Origin: Psilocybe cubensis
Taxonomy: Eukaryota
DNA length: 64,000 bases
NCBI GenBank assembly: GCA_017499595.2
Contig: CM039000.1
Span: 1,798,001-1,862,000, forward strand
Direction: 5' to 3'
This document shows, one piece after another, positions 51,689 through 64,000 of the stretch (the stretch's first letter is position 1; each line of letters starts with the position of its first letter). Under the pieces are notes generated by a model, which saw nothing but the letters and a program-made list of their open reading frames with translations, was not told where the DNA came from and ran no database searches. The position numbers and the translations under genes were made by a program.

Positions 51689-52342
51689 TAGGGAACCGTA
51701 GAGGATTCGGGGCAACCGGTGAGAGTGACATAATAGTTTGCTCGCAGATCGGCACTTGCCGTAGGCCGTTGCATAGAGCCAAAGGCTGAAGAAGCATTTG
51801 ATCTACTTCCCCATCTACTCTCATTGGTTGACTTTGCATCTCTCAACGCTATGGATCCCTTTTTGATTATCCGGTGTATTCAACTACGTTTCCACAGGCA
51901 CCGTGTGGTAGGATGGTATTATTTTTAAATCTCCATCTCGTTGGACTCGTTTCCACCTGATCCCACTGCTCCCTAGGAACTTACAATCTACCCATCAAAG
52001 TCAATGCTGCTGAAATATCTTTGTCGACTGCTGAGATTAAATATCTGTCAAAGACTATCATTCCATGCTCTCCCGCATTGCCTTGGTTCAGACGTCAGCT
52101 ACAGACGTTGACGAAAAGCTGTTCACTGCTATCCAGATTCTCCTCTTTACCCCGGGAAAATCAAACGTCTGCGTTTCTCGGTTTGAAAAATGATTCGACA
52201 AAATGATGTGGATGATTCGGTTCATTGCTAGATTTTTTTCTCCCATCTCCAACAGCATCAAGCCAACAGTGTCAGGATCTAAAAATACAGAGAAAGACAT
52301 CGTTGTTATAGAGATCATCTGTTACGTCGTGGTCTGTACGAG

Positions 52343-52470
52343 TATATAAGGCGGAATACCTGGCACACCTGAGTGATCGAACGCCCAAGTATTCGCCCTT
52401 CTCTGAGCAGAGTGAGTTGTCAGTCTTATTTTTGATTTTACAAATTCCTTAAGGCTTTCGTCTGTTTTAG
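52343..52470 (+). promoter_or_regulatory. TATA box (about 52343) and probable 5'-UTR intron (52412-52470) of the cupredoxin gene
   Basis: TATATAAG followed by GTGAGT...TTTTAG of 59 nt upstream of the ATG at 52565. Confidence 0.55.
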
Positions 52471-52564
52471 GCTCAAATTTCGTTTTCGTCTAATTTTTGA
52501 CATTCTTGCTTGCTCGGCCAAGTTTTTAATTCTTGTTTTCCCTTGATATCGACTTCGTTCTACG

Positions 52565-53542
52565 ATGCATTTCTCTACAGTAGCAACCGCCCTCCTTTTC
52601 GCTACTTACGTTGCTGCTGAGGATCACATTGTTACGGTTGGCGCCAACAATCAGGTATATGCTTGCTGGAATCTACGGAATGCTTCACATGCTCAAATCT
52701 TTCGTTACAGTTACTTTTCAGTCCTACAAATATTACTATTGCTGATGGAGACACAATTTCGTTCCAATTGTCAGTCATTCTAATCTATTCTCAATTGCTC
52801 TGCTAAGTTAGCTGAATGTCTAGCGTATCGAAAAACCACGTAAGGACAACTTTCTGTGGCCTCACGCTCAAATTTTCATTCTGAACGCTATTTGTAACAG
52901 TCGGTTACCCAGTCCTCCTTCACCAGTCCATGTGTCCAATCGCCGAATGCCATAAATTCTGGCTTCATGCCTATTAATGCAACAGTCATGGCCTCTCAAC
53001 AATTTCCTCAGTGGCAGATCAGTGTAAGCAATGCTTCCAGCCCAATTTGGTTCTTCTGTGCGCAAACGATGCCGGTGTCGTAAGACATATATACTTACCT
53101 GCTTGGAACGTTAACCTTAATATAATATTTTATAGACATTGCGAGCAAGGTATGGTGTTCGCCGTCAATGCCCCACCAGCCAAGTCATTCGCTCAGTTCC
53201 AGGTAATATTCTTCCGTCTAAAGTGGTCTTCTCGAGTCTGAATTAATTGTTACTCAGGCTAACGCAATGAATGGGGGTTCAACAAACGCTAATTCGACAT
53301 CAACTAACGGAACCGCCACTAACAGCACGTCCGGGGGGGATGCTTCAACACCGGGTTCTGGTAGCGCGTCCGGGGGGAGTGCTTCCACTCCGGGTTCTGG
53401 TAGCGCTTCCACTGGAAATGCATCAGCCGCACCACCTCCTAACAGCAGTCAATCTGCAAAGACTGGCGGGGCCCTTAAAGTCGGTGGTCCTGCTGCTGGA
53501 ATTATTACCTTGACTGCACTCTTCGCTACTTTCATTCTGTAG
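52565..53542 (+). CDS. Secreted, probably GPI-anchored cupredoxin (phytocyanin-like) with Ser/Gly/Thr-rich stalk
   Basis: Signal peptide MHFSTVATALLFATYVAA; KNHSVTQSSF..PC, IWFFCAQ, HCEQGMVFAVN; hydrophobic C-terminus; 5 introns. Confidence 0.88.
53324..53401 (+). repeat. 39-bp in-frame tandem duplication encoding S(T/A)SGG(D/S)ASTPGSG
   Basis: Units 53324-53362 and 53363-53401 are nearly identical. Confidence 0.8.
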
Positions 53543-53887
53543 ATTTGTTTCGAGTACAAACATAATTCTAGAATGGAATGTATGTTAAGTATATTCCCTG
53601 TAGAGACACATCCATTTGAATTTCACATTCTCGCTTTACATGACACCGCTCATATAATGATACGAGCCTGATAAAATCTAAGTGGACAGTTGGCCAGCAA
53701 TATGATGTTCGGGCCTGCTGATTAGATAAACATTAACGGGTCATTCTTGCACATGCATAACGCGATGCTGCCGAAACTGGAACTACTGCACGTTGACGCT
53801 GCCTTCATACTTACTTCCAGATAATCGCCACCTTGTCTTCACCCTCCTGCAGAGTGTATTTTGTTTTTGTCTTCCTTTCAATAAGAT

Positions 53888-56821
53888 ATGGATGCAATCC
53901 GTGTTTCCAAGGTAACTGGGCAGGGTTAAAGTCTTTGGCTGTTTTCATTTAATGGCAATTTGCTTAGGTGGAGCAAGTCATTTTTTCAAAAGCTGGCTCG
54001 ATTTCTCAGGGAACAGTCCATTTAACGGCCCACCATATTATATTCCGTTACGATGAAGCTGAAGAGAAGGAAATGTGGGTGAGTAATCACACATCTGTCT
54101 CTTGATATCCTAAAGAGCCGTCTGTAGATGCCTTATCCTCTGATATCCTTGGTTAATCGCCTTCCACATACCCTTCAAGGTCAATCACAGCTCAATTTCC
54201 AGACTCGAACCTTTGAGTCGTTCTCCCTGACATTTAAAAAGGACACTGATGCCGGTGATGTCTTCGAAAGCGTCAAGGAGCTGACTGTTGCCGGTACGTG
54301 GACCTGTTTAATTGCTTATATTAACCTAATAGCATTCAAGGTTCCGTCTCCCAGCTCTATGCCTTTTTCTATACTCCAACACCACCGTTCCCTAATAGGG
54401 ACGGATGGACCATCTATTCTCCCCGAGATGAATACGTGCGGATGGGGGTGGGTACCCGTTCCAAAGCATGGCGATTCACGGACCTCAATAAAGATTACAC
54501 TGTATATACTGCACCCAATCTATCTGGCATACGGTCACTAATTTCTAACTAGTTCTGCCCAACTTACCCATCCCGCCTAGTAGTACCCACCAGAATCAGC
54601 GATACCACTCTACAATATGCCTCTAAATATCGGAGCAAATGTCGAATCCCAATATTAAGCTACCTTCATTGGGCAAACTATGTAAGCGCAAATGTCATGA
54701 TATGCGAAGTAAATATAACAATATCTTTAGGGGAGCATTACTCGTTCAAGCCAGCCAATGGTTGGTATAACACAGAGCAGATCCGTACAGGATGAAAAAC
54801 TTATTGAGGCTATATTTCAATCACATTGGTCACCGGAATCTCGCGTATCGAACACAGTTGTATATGGTGCTACTCCAACCAACCTAATCATTGATGCTCG
54901 GCCAACAGTCAATGCAGTAGCTAACACTGCTAAAGGTGCTGGCACAGAAAATATGGATTACTACAAGGAAGGCAAGAAAATATACCTTGGAATTGACCAT
55001 ATTCATACCATGCGGGAGTCCTTAGCAAAAGTCGTAGAAGCACTCAAGGAAGCCGATCAACTCCTCGCTAGCATCAACAACGAAACCGATCATGGAACAA
55101 GCCTTGCGGTGCTAGACAAACAAGCCTTACGTCGCTCTGGATGGCTGCGTCATATTTCTGCGATTTTGGAAGGCACCTTAATCATAACAAAAAACATTCA
55201 CGTTAATTCATCGCATGTCCTTATCCATTGCTCTGACGGTTGGGATCGTACATCTCAACTCTCTGCGTTGTCTCAGATTTGCCTTGATCCCTTCTATCGA
55301 ACCATTCGTGGATTTGAAATTTTGGTCGAAAAGGACTGGTTGTCATTTGGCCATAAATTTTTGGACCGTTGTGGACATTTGTCTTCTGATAAATTCTTTT
55401 TGTCGCCTACGGTCGACGCGAACTCTGGAAGTGGAGCGGATGCTGCCCAAGCCTTTCTAGCTTCGGTTCAAAATCGGTTCGCTTCTCAACAGCATATAAA
55501 GGAGACAAGTCCTGTATTTCACCAATTCCTGGAGTCTGTGCGGCAAATCCAACGTCAGTATCCAGAACGTTTCGAATTTAATGAACGTTTCCTGCGAACA
55601 CTTTACTACCATCTTTACTCATGCCAATTCGGAACATTTCTTTTCAATACTGAAAAAGATAGAAGAGTTGGAGACGGCAATGGGCCACCTCCCTGTGAAC
55701 GTACCATCAGTGTTTGGGATTTCTTCAATTCTCCTGCGGAGATGGCTCAGAACACGAACCCTGATTACAACCCTGCTCTTGATGACCCCGCTAGCCGTTC
55801 CCCTGATGCTGATATGGGTGTATTGTTTCCCAACCCGAAGAACGTACGCTTTTGGAACGAGCTTTACGGACGGACAGATGAAGAAATGAATGGAAAATTC
55901 ATCTTTGGGCAATCTCGAGAAACGGAGGTCGTGGGCCCTGTTGATAACGCCGCGGAGGATCCCGTCGTACAGGACACCACAAGAACCCAACTCTTTCAAA
56001 CCTCGCCGTCGAAAGCAGGGGTTTCCGTGGATAAAATGTCTCATTCCGTAAACCCAACTTCTTCTGGACGTAAATTATCTCCAGGTATTACTGCAAGCCT
56101 TCGAGATTTGTCATCTTCGCTTCCAGATTTCGCTACTTCAGCTCCTGGGCCCAGTAGAAGCTCTAGTTCAACGCCTGCTCCCCCAAGTACACAACAATCG
56201 AAAACTTATACGTCAATACCTGCCAATCAGACACATCTACCGCTTTGGTCGAGATCAATGCCCCCAGAGTTAGGAGGTGGGGTGAAATCAGTGTGGGGGA
56301 AGCTTTCTTCAAATGCTTCAGCGGCTTTCTCCGTTGTACAGGATGCATATGCTGGTGTTGCGAAAGATTTGCTCAACACGGGACAAACCGACGAACCGGG
56401 ATCTGACAAAACGTCTGAACTTCGTGGCCGAGACACTCTTAGTACATGGGGCGAACGATCAATACCCCGTCCTCATTCTCCACAGTCCTCTTCACGTATC
56501 CCTGCCATGACCATGAGTAATCCGTGGTCTGTCTCCCAACCTGTTCGGCACATGTCTATTTTCGAAGAGAATCCCTGGGGATCACCAGCGCAACCTGAAG
56601 AACAACTCGGGACCACTACGCCATCAATCGTCAACTGCCCAACTAGTCCACTTCCTCTTGATCCCACTGTTGCCACTATTCCAGCCACAGTTCCCAATGT
56701 TCCCAACTCTGGGCTCACTTCACAATCCGTCAAGCAAACCCAGGGGGAGGGTTCTCAGCCAATTTCTAAAAAGGACACGGCATACAGTACCGGCGACCCA
56801 TTGGGAGTGGGGTTTTTGTAA
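53888..56821 (+). CDS. YMR1: Myotubularin phosphoinositide 3-phosphatase
   Basis: VLIHCSDGWDRT catalytic motif, FCPTYP, RSSQP, EKDWLSFGHKF, SPVFHQFL, SCQFGTFL; N-terminal GTVHLTAHHIIF (PH-GRAM). Confidence 0.95.
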
Positions 56822-57111
56822 ATTGAATAACAACGATGTAATACTAGCACACAATCAACATATCTGCCATTAACCATAACGTTAGCGAGGACGTAAGCCA
56901 ATTAAATCAAACGAGTATTTTTTTCTTCACTGATAATAAGTAGCACCATTTCCATAGGAAAAAATACATTGGTGGAAGATTGACGAGATGGCGTGATATG
57001 GAACGATATGATTACATAATCAACAACTTTCAATAAATTTCAAAGAGTTGAGAATCAACATACACCCCAACTTTCTTCTTCCCATACCCCCCATTCCTTT
57101 CACTTCCTACA

Positions 57112-58559
57112 ATGGCCCCGAACGGACAAGCAGTTCATGCCGCCCTAGAGCCTGGTCACTTTTTATTCACTTCTGAGTCTGTTGGGGAAGGCCACCCTGG
57201 TGCGTCGTCTTATTTTTCCGTCTTTTTCAACCCTCTGACATCGACCTAGATAAGATCTGTGACCAGGTTTCCGATGCCATTGTACGTTTATGATTTTTCT
57301 ATAGATATTCAGATCATTGAACACATTTCATTGTTGCAGCTTGATGCCTGCCTTGCTGAGGATCCCTCATCCAAAGTCGCTTGCGAGACTGCTTCCAAGA
57401 CAGGAATGATCATGGTTTTCGGCGAGATCACCACCAAGGCCAAACTCGACTATCAAAAAGTCATCCGCGAGACTATCAAGCAAATCGGTTATGACGATTC
57501 CTCCAAGGGATTCGATTACAAGACCTGCAACATTTTGGTAGCTATTGAGCAGCAATCCCCCGACATTGCTCAGGGCTTGGATCACGGTTCTCTTGAGGAC
57601 CATGGTGCTGGTGATCAGGGTATTATGTTCGGTTACGCTACCGACGAGACAGAGGAATACATGCCATTGACCATTATGCTTGCCCACAAGTTGAATGCTG
57701 CCATGGCTGCTGCTCGTCGCTCTGGAGAACTTGGGTGGCTCCGACCCGACTCCAAGACTCAGGTCACTGTTGAATACAAGAAGGATGGTGGAGCTACCAT
57801 TCCTCTTCGTGTCGACACTGTTGTCATTTCCACCCAACACGCGGAGGAGATTTCGACTGAAGATCTCCGCAAAGAAATCCTCGAGAAGATCATCAAGCAA
57901 GTCATCCCTGCCAACCTCCTGGATGATAAGACCATCTATCACGTACGACCTTTCTCTTTTTATCTATACCATCTGCCTATTAACATTGTCCTTAGATCCA
58001 ACCATCTGGGCGTTTCGTGATTGGTGGTCCTCAGGGTGATGCTGGTCTGACTGGTCGCAAGATCATCGTCGATACCTACGGTGGTTGGGGTGCCCATGGA
58101 GGAGGAGCTTTCTCCGGCAAGGACTTTTCTAAGGTCGATCGATCAGCTGCCTACACTGCTCGTTGGATTGGTGAGTCCTTCCCTTATTTTGTTTTGTTAC
58201 CTTCCCATCTGACCCATTTACAGCCAAGTCCTTGGTTGCCGCAGGGCTTGCCCGTCGTGCTCTCGTCCAACTTTCTTACGCCATTGGTGTCGCTGAGCCC
58301 CTTTCTATCTACGTCGATACATACGGCACTGGCAAGAAGACTGATGAGGAGCTCGTTGAGATTATTCGCAACAACTGGGATCTCCGACCTGGTGTCATCG
58401 GTAAGGAGTCTTTTTCCTCGCAGTATCAACCGTTCTCATGGAGTTGATACAGTCCGCGAGCTCGACTTGCAGAAGCCTCAATATCTCAAGACTGCGTCTT
58501 ACGGTCACTTCGGAAACCCTTCTTACACTTGGGAGAAGCCTAAGCAACTCAAACTCTAA
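57112..58559 (+). CDS. S-adenosylmethionine synthetase (MAT; SAM1/SAM2/metK family)
   Basis: [53 protein letters not shown]; 5 introns. Confidence 0.98.
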
Positions 58560-59076
58560 TCAATGCTCTAGATCTGCTTCATTTTTTCATACTCTATCTG
58601 TCTTGTTTAGCTTGCATTGGAAGTTCATCCTTCCGCACATTCATTTCTCACATCGCATTTCTGTAGATACCATTGTAATGACCTCCTATCACACGTCCTG
58701 ACGACCCACACCATTATATTCACTGTAGCTCTGTGGATTGTAGATTAGGCATCCTTCATCTGCCTTAACGTTATAAGCGTAGCACAAAAAAAGTAATATG
58801 TAGTTGAAAAAGAATTGAATGCGTTCAACACGCCTCTTCGATTTCGATTTTTGTCTTTTTTGCCTGTCAATGTTTTTCGGGTTGCACAGATGGTTTTCTG
58901 GTGAATTGCAGCGATGTCTTTCTACGGGTAGTAATCACGTGGATTTAGCCAATGGGCAATCAAGTCCTCAAAATTTCCTCTTGAGGAAGATCGATATAAA
59001 TTTTCGTTTTGGTTTATCCGTTGTTGGCTACTCCGGCACTCTACACAGCACGCGTGCCTTTATCTGATACGCAGAC

Positions 59077-61126
59077 AGTGAGTGCATAGAGCGTTTTCAT
59101 ATCTGATGCTTCTGACAATTCATCAGTGTGTGGAATTCTAGGGTTACTCCTTCACGATGCATCCATAGACGCTGCTGCCGAAATATGCGAAGGGCTTTCT
59201 CTTCTGCAGCACAGAGGACAAGATGCGTGTGGAGTCATCACTTGTGGTCCTAAAGGTCGCTTCTATCAGTGCAAGGCAAATGGCATGGTTCGCGACATCT
59301 TCGACGCAAATTCGATATCTCGCCTAATTGGTGGTATGGGTGTTGGACATGGTGAATTATTCGAGTTCTACAGATTGATATTATGCTGATCCTAGCCTGT
59401 CGTAGTGCGATACCCAACTGCTGGCAGCTTCAATAACGCAGAAGCTCAGCCGTTTTATGTTAACTCGCCTTATGGGATTGTTTTCGCTCATGTAACTTGC
59501 TCTCTGCCGTTATTCACATTGCATTACTGAATTATATTCCAGAATGGCAACCTTATCAACACAGAGTCTCTCATGCAATTCATGGATCACACCGCTCATA
59601 GACATATCAATACCGCGTCTGATTCAGAGCTTTTACTTAATATCTTTGCCTACAACCTCCAACAGACTGGGAAATTCCGCATCAACGAAGAAGATATTTT
59701 CACTGCCATTGGAGGCATGATGACCCAGGTCAAAGGTGCCTATGCTTGCGTTGCGATGCTCGCAGGATTTGGGATTATAGCATTCCGCGATCCCAATGGC
59801 ATTCGTCCGGTGGGTGTCGCAACCAGAAAATCAGGAACTGGCCTCGACTACATCGTTGCGTCAGAAAGTGTCGTCGCGGATGCCAGCGGGTTCACAGATT
59901 GGGAAGATGTTAAACCTGGTACATCTTGATGTCTACTGCACATCTATTTAAAATTGATCATTTTATATAGGAGAGGCTATCATCATCACCCGAAATGGCA
60001 TATCTCGTCGGCAAATTGCCGCCCCGGCTACCTTTGCCCCGGATATATTTGAATTTGTGTACTTTGCGCGTCCAGATTCAGTGATAGATGGTATTAGCGT
60101 GTACAGAAGTCGCATGGCTATGGGAGACGCTTTAGCGGAAAAAGTACGGACGGTTCTGAAAGAGGCAAATATTGAAGTCGATGTCGTTATCCCAGTATGT
60201 GTCAATCCTATGTTCTCTTGTATGCAAATTTGACTAGTTATGTCAAGGTACCCGACACCTCGCGAGTCGCAGCCTTGAATTTAGCTCAAAAACTAGCTCT
60301 GCCTTATCGTGAGGGTTTCATCAAGAACCGATATGTCGGAAGGACATTTATCATGCCTGGACAACAAATGAGGTCCGAATGTCATTTCTTCCACAGGAAT
60401 TTGGATTTACTTTTCGTTATAGAAAAAAGAATGTGAGGCGAAAGCTCAACGCCATGGCTTTGGAGTTTGCTAACAAGAATGTTCTCATCGTGGATGGTAA
60501 AGTTCTTTTTGTATTTTATTGATTCACACTTCACAAAAGTCGTTCACCAGATTCAATTGTCCGAGGCACAACTTCAAAAGAAATTGTTCAGATGGCAAAG
60601 GATGTAGGGGCCAAAAAGGTTATTGTTGCTAGTTGTGCACCACCTATTCGGTCAGTAGTAAGCTCGGATTTTGTTGTACTTCGACTACTGATTCTTTTAC
60701 AGTTACCCGAACGTATACGGGATTGATATGCCTTCTCGCAAGGAGCTTGTCGCGCATGGTCGGGATAACGAAGAAATTGCTTCTGCTATTGGTGCAGACC
60801 TTGTCATATTTCAGACTTTGCCTGACTTGCTAGAGTCTGTGCGGCAATTCAGACCCACTATTCAAGACTTCGACTGTTCTGTCTTTACGGGTGAATATGT
60901 CACTGGCGGTGTCAACGAGGAATACTTACAACACCTGGAAACACTTCGTGCTGATAATACTCGAGCAAAAGCAATAAGCCTGGATTTGGGGGCACTGGAC
61001 GGAAAACGAGGAAGCGTAGCAAACGGATCGACCAAAGAACAGGAACAAAATACTTCTTCAAGTACACCCACCAACGGTTCAGATGATACTGTTGGCCTTC
61101 ACAACTCGTGGAAAACTCAGTCTTGA
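59077..61126 (+). CDS. ADE4: Amidophosphoribosyltransferase
   Basis: CGILG N-terminal nucleophile, [67 protein letters not shown]. Confidence 0.97.
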
Positions 61127-61494
61127 CCTTCTAAGGCTGGAAGCTCTTGTGAACACATCTAGAGATCATTATATTATCCTGTCATCTTATGTGATTATTG
61201 TAATTGTACTTTTGTATGGATAATATCCAGTAAATACATAGAAAGGGTCTGCATGCAGCATAACCACCTCATCCAAGACTTAAGAGTAGTTGGCCATGAA
61301 TAAATCTAACCAGCCAAACGCGATGACTTTTACTCATTTGGATCACTTTGTCATCATTACCAACAACAACAACTTGAGATTGACAGTTGTTGTTACGTGT
61401 GGTACGATCATGTTGTTGTTGGTACTACTTATTGCATCCCATTGCGACTCCAAGCACCTTCCGGATTTCCCGTTCAAGCAGCCCGTTGCTTACT

Positions 61495-63925
61495 ATGCGG
61501 ATAATCGCGACGTGTTGCCGATTGTATATTCAAGTTATAATCATCGGTTTGTTTCTCAGTGGCAGCGCAAAGGTTATACGCTCTGAGTCTGCATGGAATG
61601 GTCGCGTCACGCCCGAATCGACGAAACTTGCTCCATTTACACCTTACTATGTCCCGCCTGGAGCAAAAAGTTATGATTCTACCTCCCCTTTTATATCGTA
61701 CAAGGGCGTATGGTCGGACCACTATTCAACCAGCTATGTTGGGAAATCTCTTCGGTCGACCTCTGATCCTGGTGCGGAGGTGGTCATGACTTTTACGGGC
61801 ACTGGTATAGAATGGTTCGGGAACATGGACCAGACACATGGTGTTGCCCTCGTCATGATTGACGGTCAAACCGTGGGGGAAGTCAACACGTACATCAACC
61901 AAACTATTCCCCTCAAGCAGCAGAGGTTATTTTCGAAATTCAATATGAAGCCTATCTCTCATACTCTCAAGATTATCAATCTTGCAAAAAGACCAGGTTC
62001 TATCAGAAAGACTGTCATTGATGTGGATGCCTTTGTCGTTACTAGAGGGTATGCAATTCGTTCAACAACTTCGCGTCGTTTTTCTTCAAATGATTCTACA
62101 CGAGTTGATTCTAATGCGATGCCTCGAGCTATTCCTGAATGGACTCTAATTCAAAATGGATCAACTGGGGTTCATGCTATGCAATTGTCGATTGTCTCTG
62201 ACACTCACGCTTTGATTATTGACAAAGTAGAACACAATCCAGTGTCTATTGACGGTCATCCAGCGTGGGCAGCATTGTACAACCTTGTTGACCATTCAGT
62301 CACACCTTTGAGAATGCAATCGAATTCTTTTTGCGCCGGTGGAACATTTCTAGGCAACGGTACTCTTATCAATGTTGGAGGAAATCCTGTCGTTGAGACA
62401 CACACATCTGCAGCTGACTTTGGCGACTTAAATGGACTCCAGGCCATCCGCATTTTCGAACCCTGCGATTCATCCACTGCAACTTGCGTGATATACGAAA
62501 ATCATTCACGCATACGCATGGCAAGTCCCCGGTGGTACAACACTGTTATCCGGTTGGCTGATGGCAGTGCCATGATTATTGGAGGAGCTCGTAAAGGTGG
62601 TTGGATCAATAATGCCACTGTCAACAATCCTACTGTCGAGTATTTTCCTCCAAAAAATATCAAAGGGTCAAACGGCATGCCAATTAACCTTTCTTTATTA
62701 ATAAATAGCCTGAGATCGAACCTATTTCCGATTGCTTTTGTCCTTCCAGATGGAAAAGTGTTTATTGCTGCCAATCGCGATGTAGTAATTTACGACTGGC
62801 AGGCTGATACGGAAAGATATCTCCCACAGATTCCCAATGGTGTCCGTGTGACGTATCCTATGGCAGGAACCGCCTTGTTACTGCCTCTGTCTCCTGAAAA
62901 TGGATATGTACCAGAGGTATTGATATGTGGTGGTTCCACTGTGGACGACGCAAAACCGGGGTACGAGTTGTCTTCTCAAGACCCATCTTCGTCCCAGTGC
63001 TCGCGAATGGTCTTGGACGACGATGGCATCGAGGCAGGCTGGCAAACAGAGGATATGCCCGATGCTCGTTTGATGCCCGATGCAGTTCTGCTTCCGACAG
63101 GAAAGATTGTCATAGTCAATGGCGCTGGGTCAGGGATTTCGGGGTACGGCAATGTCGTGGATCAAATTGGAGCGTCGAATGCAGATAATCCAATTTTCAT
63201 GCCTGTCCTTTACGATCCATTAGCACCTGTGGGAGGTAGATTTTCATCCAATGGTCTGCCCACAAGTTCTATCCCAAGGCTATACCACAGTGTCGCCACC
63301 CTCACTCCTGTCGGAAACATAATGATTGCAGGCAGCAACCCGAATCTCGATCGAAGTGAAATAAAATATGGCACAGAATATCGCGTTGAATGGTTGAACC
63401 CGCCATATATTTTCATGGATCGACCTATGATTACAAGCTTTGACATCAAGATACCCTTTGGTGCAAGCGTGAATGTTGAAGCACTATTGCCTGGCAATCA
63501 TAATGATAATATACAGTGTGAGCTTACAATCTTATACTTGTCTATCTCCTAATTATTCCTCCGGAATCCAGTTGCACTTATGGACTTAGGTTTCGTTACT
63601 CATGCAGTTCATGCAAATTCACGACTGGTCTACCTTTTGTTTTCATATCAAAATGGAGTATTCGCTATTCAAGGTCCCCCTAGTGGGAACGTTTATCCTC
63701 CAGGTCCTGCATGGCTGTACATCGTCGTCGACGGTGTTCCTAGTGAAGGACGGAAAGTCATGGTAGGGGATGGGGGAGGACCGCCTGTTGATGAGAATGC
63801 AACCCAAAAGTGAGCTTGTTATATAATGCTTTAGGAAACAGCACGCTGACTTTCCTAGTGTGCTATCAAACACCGCTGTTGACCAGCACGAATCTTCACA
63901 AGTAGAGGGAGATGCCTCAGAGTGA
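61495..63925 (+). CDS. Copper radical oxidase (AA5_1, glyoxal oxidase family) with extra N-terminal beta-sandwich domain (Cro6-like)
   Basis: NSFCAGG (Cys), RWYNT (Tyr), RLYHS (Tyr/His), GFVTHA (His), AGSNPN, YPPGPAWLY; 2 introns near the 3' end. Confidence 0.93.
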
Positions 63926-64000
63926 TTTTAACATTTTGAACCGTGAATATTGCTCTTGTGCTCGCTATTTTGTATGCGCCAGTCGATGATGACTGATCTT

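Noticed and set aside
57367-57942. 191-aa antisense ORF over SAM synthetase
   Set aside because: Typical shadow frame from the strong codon bias of a highly expressed gene; no motif
61387-61494. In-frame upstream extension of the copper radical oxidase
   Set aside because: The ATG at 61495 directly precedes a hydrophobic signal-like segment; no evidence the short extension is used
1-64000. Secondary-metabolite cluster, transposons, tRNA/rRNA, CRISPR
   Set aside because: No PKS/NRPS/terpene synthase/psi genes, no transposase or RT motifs, no long repeats or cloverleaf seen by eye; small RNAs cannot be excluded without a covariance search

Overview
Gene-dense, intron-rich chromosomal segment of a mushroom-forming basidiomycete (Agaricales-type: GT-AG introns mostly 45-65 nt, fused alpha/beta tryptophan synthase, copper radical oxidase). 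By manual splicing I can support about 27 protein-coding genes, mostly housekeeping: KH RNA-binding protein, BRX1, arrestin-like protein, Csm1/Pcs1, ankyrin-asparaginase, TRP1, eIF2B-beta, GUF1, cwf18, Gti1/Pac2, Elongin A, WDR26/GID7, Ecl1-like Zn protein, VPS54, SAM35/metaxin, TLC protein, tandem G-protein gamma subunits, thioredoxin, cupredoxin, myotubularin, SAM synthetase, ADE4 and an AA5_1 oxidase. I found no transposon, RNA gene, CRISPR array or secondary-metabolite backbone gene. The most interesting signals are at the level of expression. The WDR26/GID7 gene has a spliced, AUG-less in-frame N-terminal extension of about 114 codons with an AUU in optimal Kozak context and an NLS-like motif, plus a hairpin-containing intron and an open frame past its stop. 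ADE4 has its start codon split by an intron. A thioredoxin carries both a mitochondrial presequence and a C-terminal SKL. Two distant promoters share two identical 10-mers. CDS coordinates are start-to-stop spans including introns and were derived by eye.
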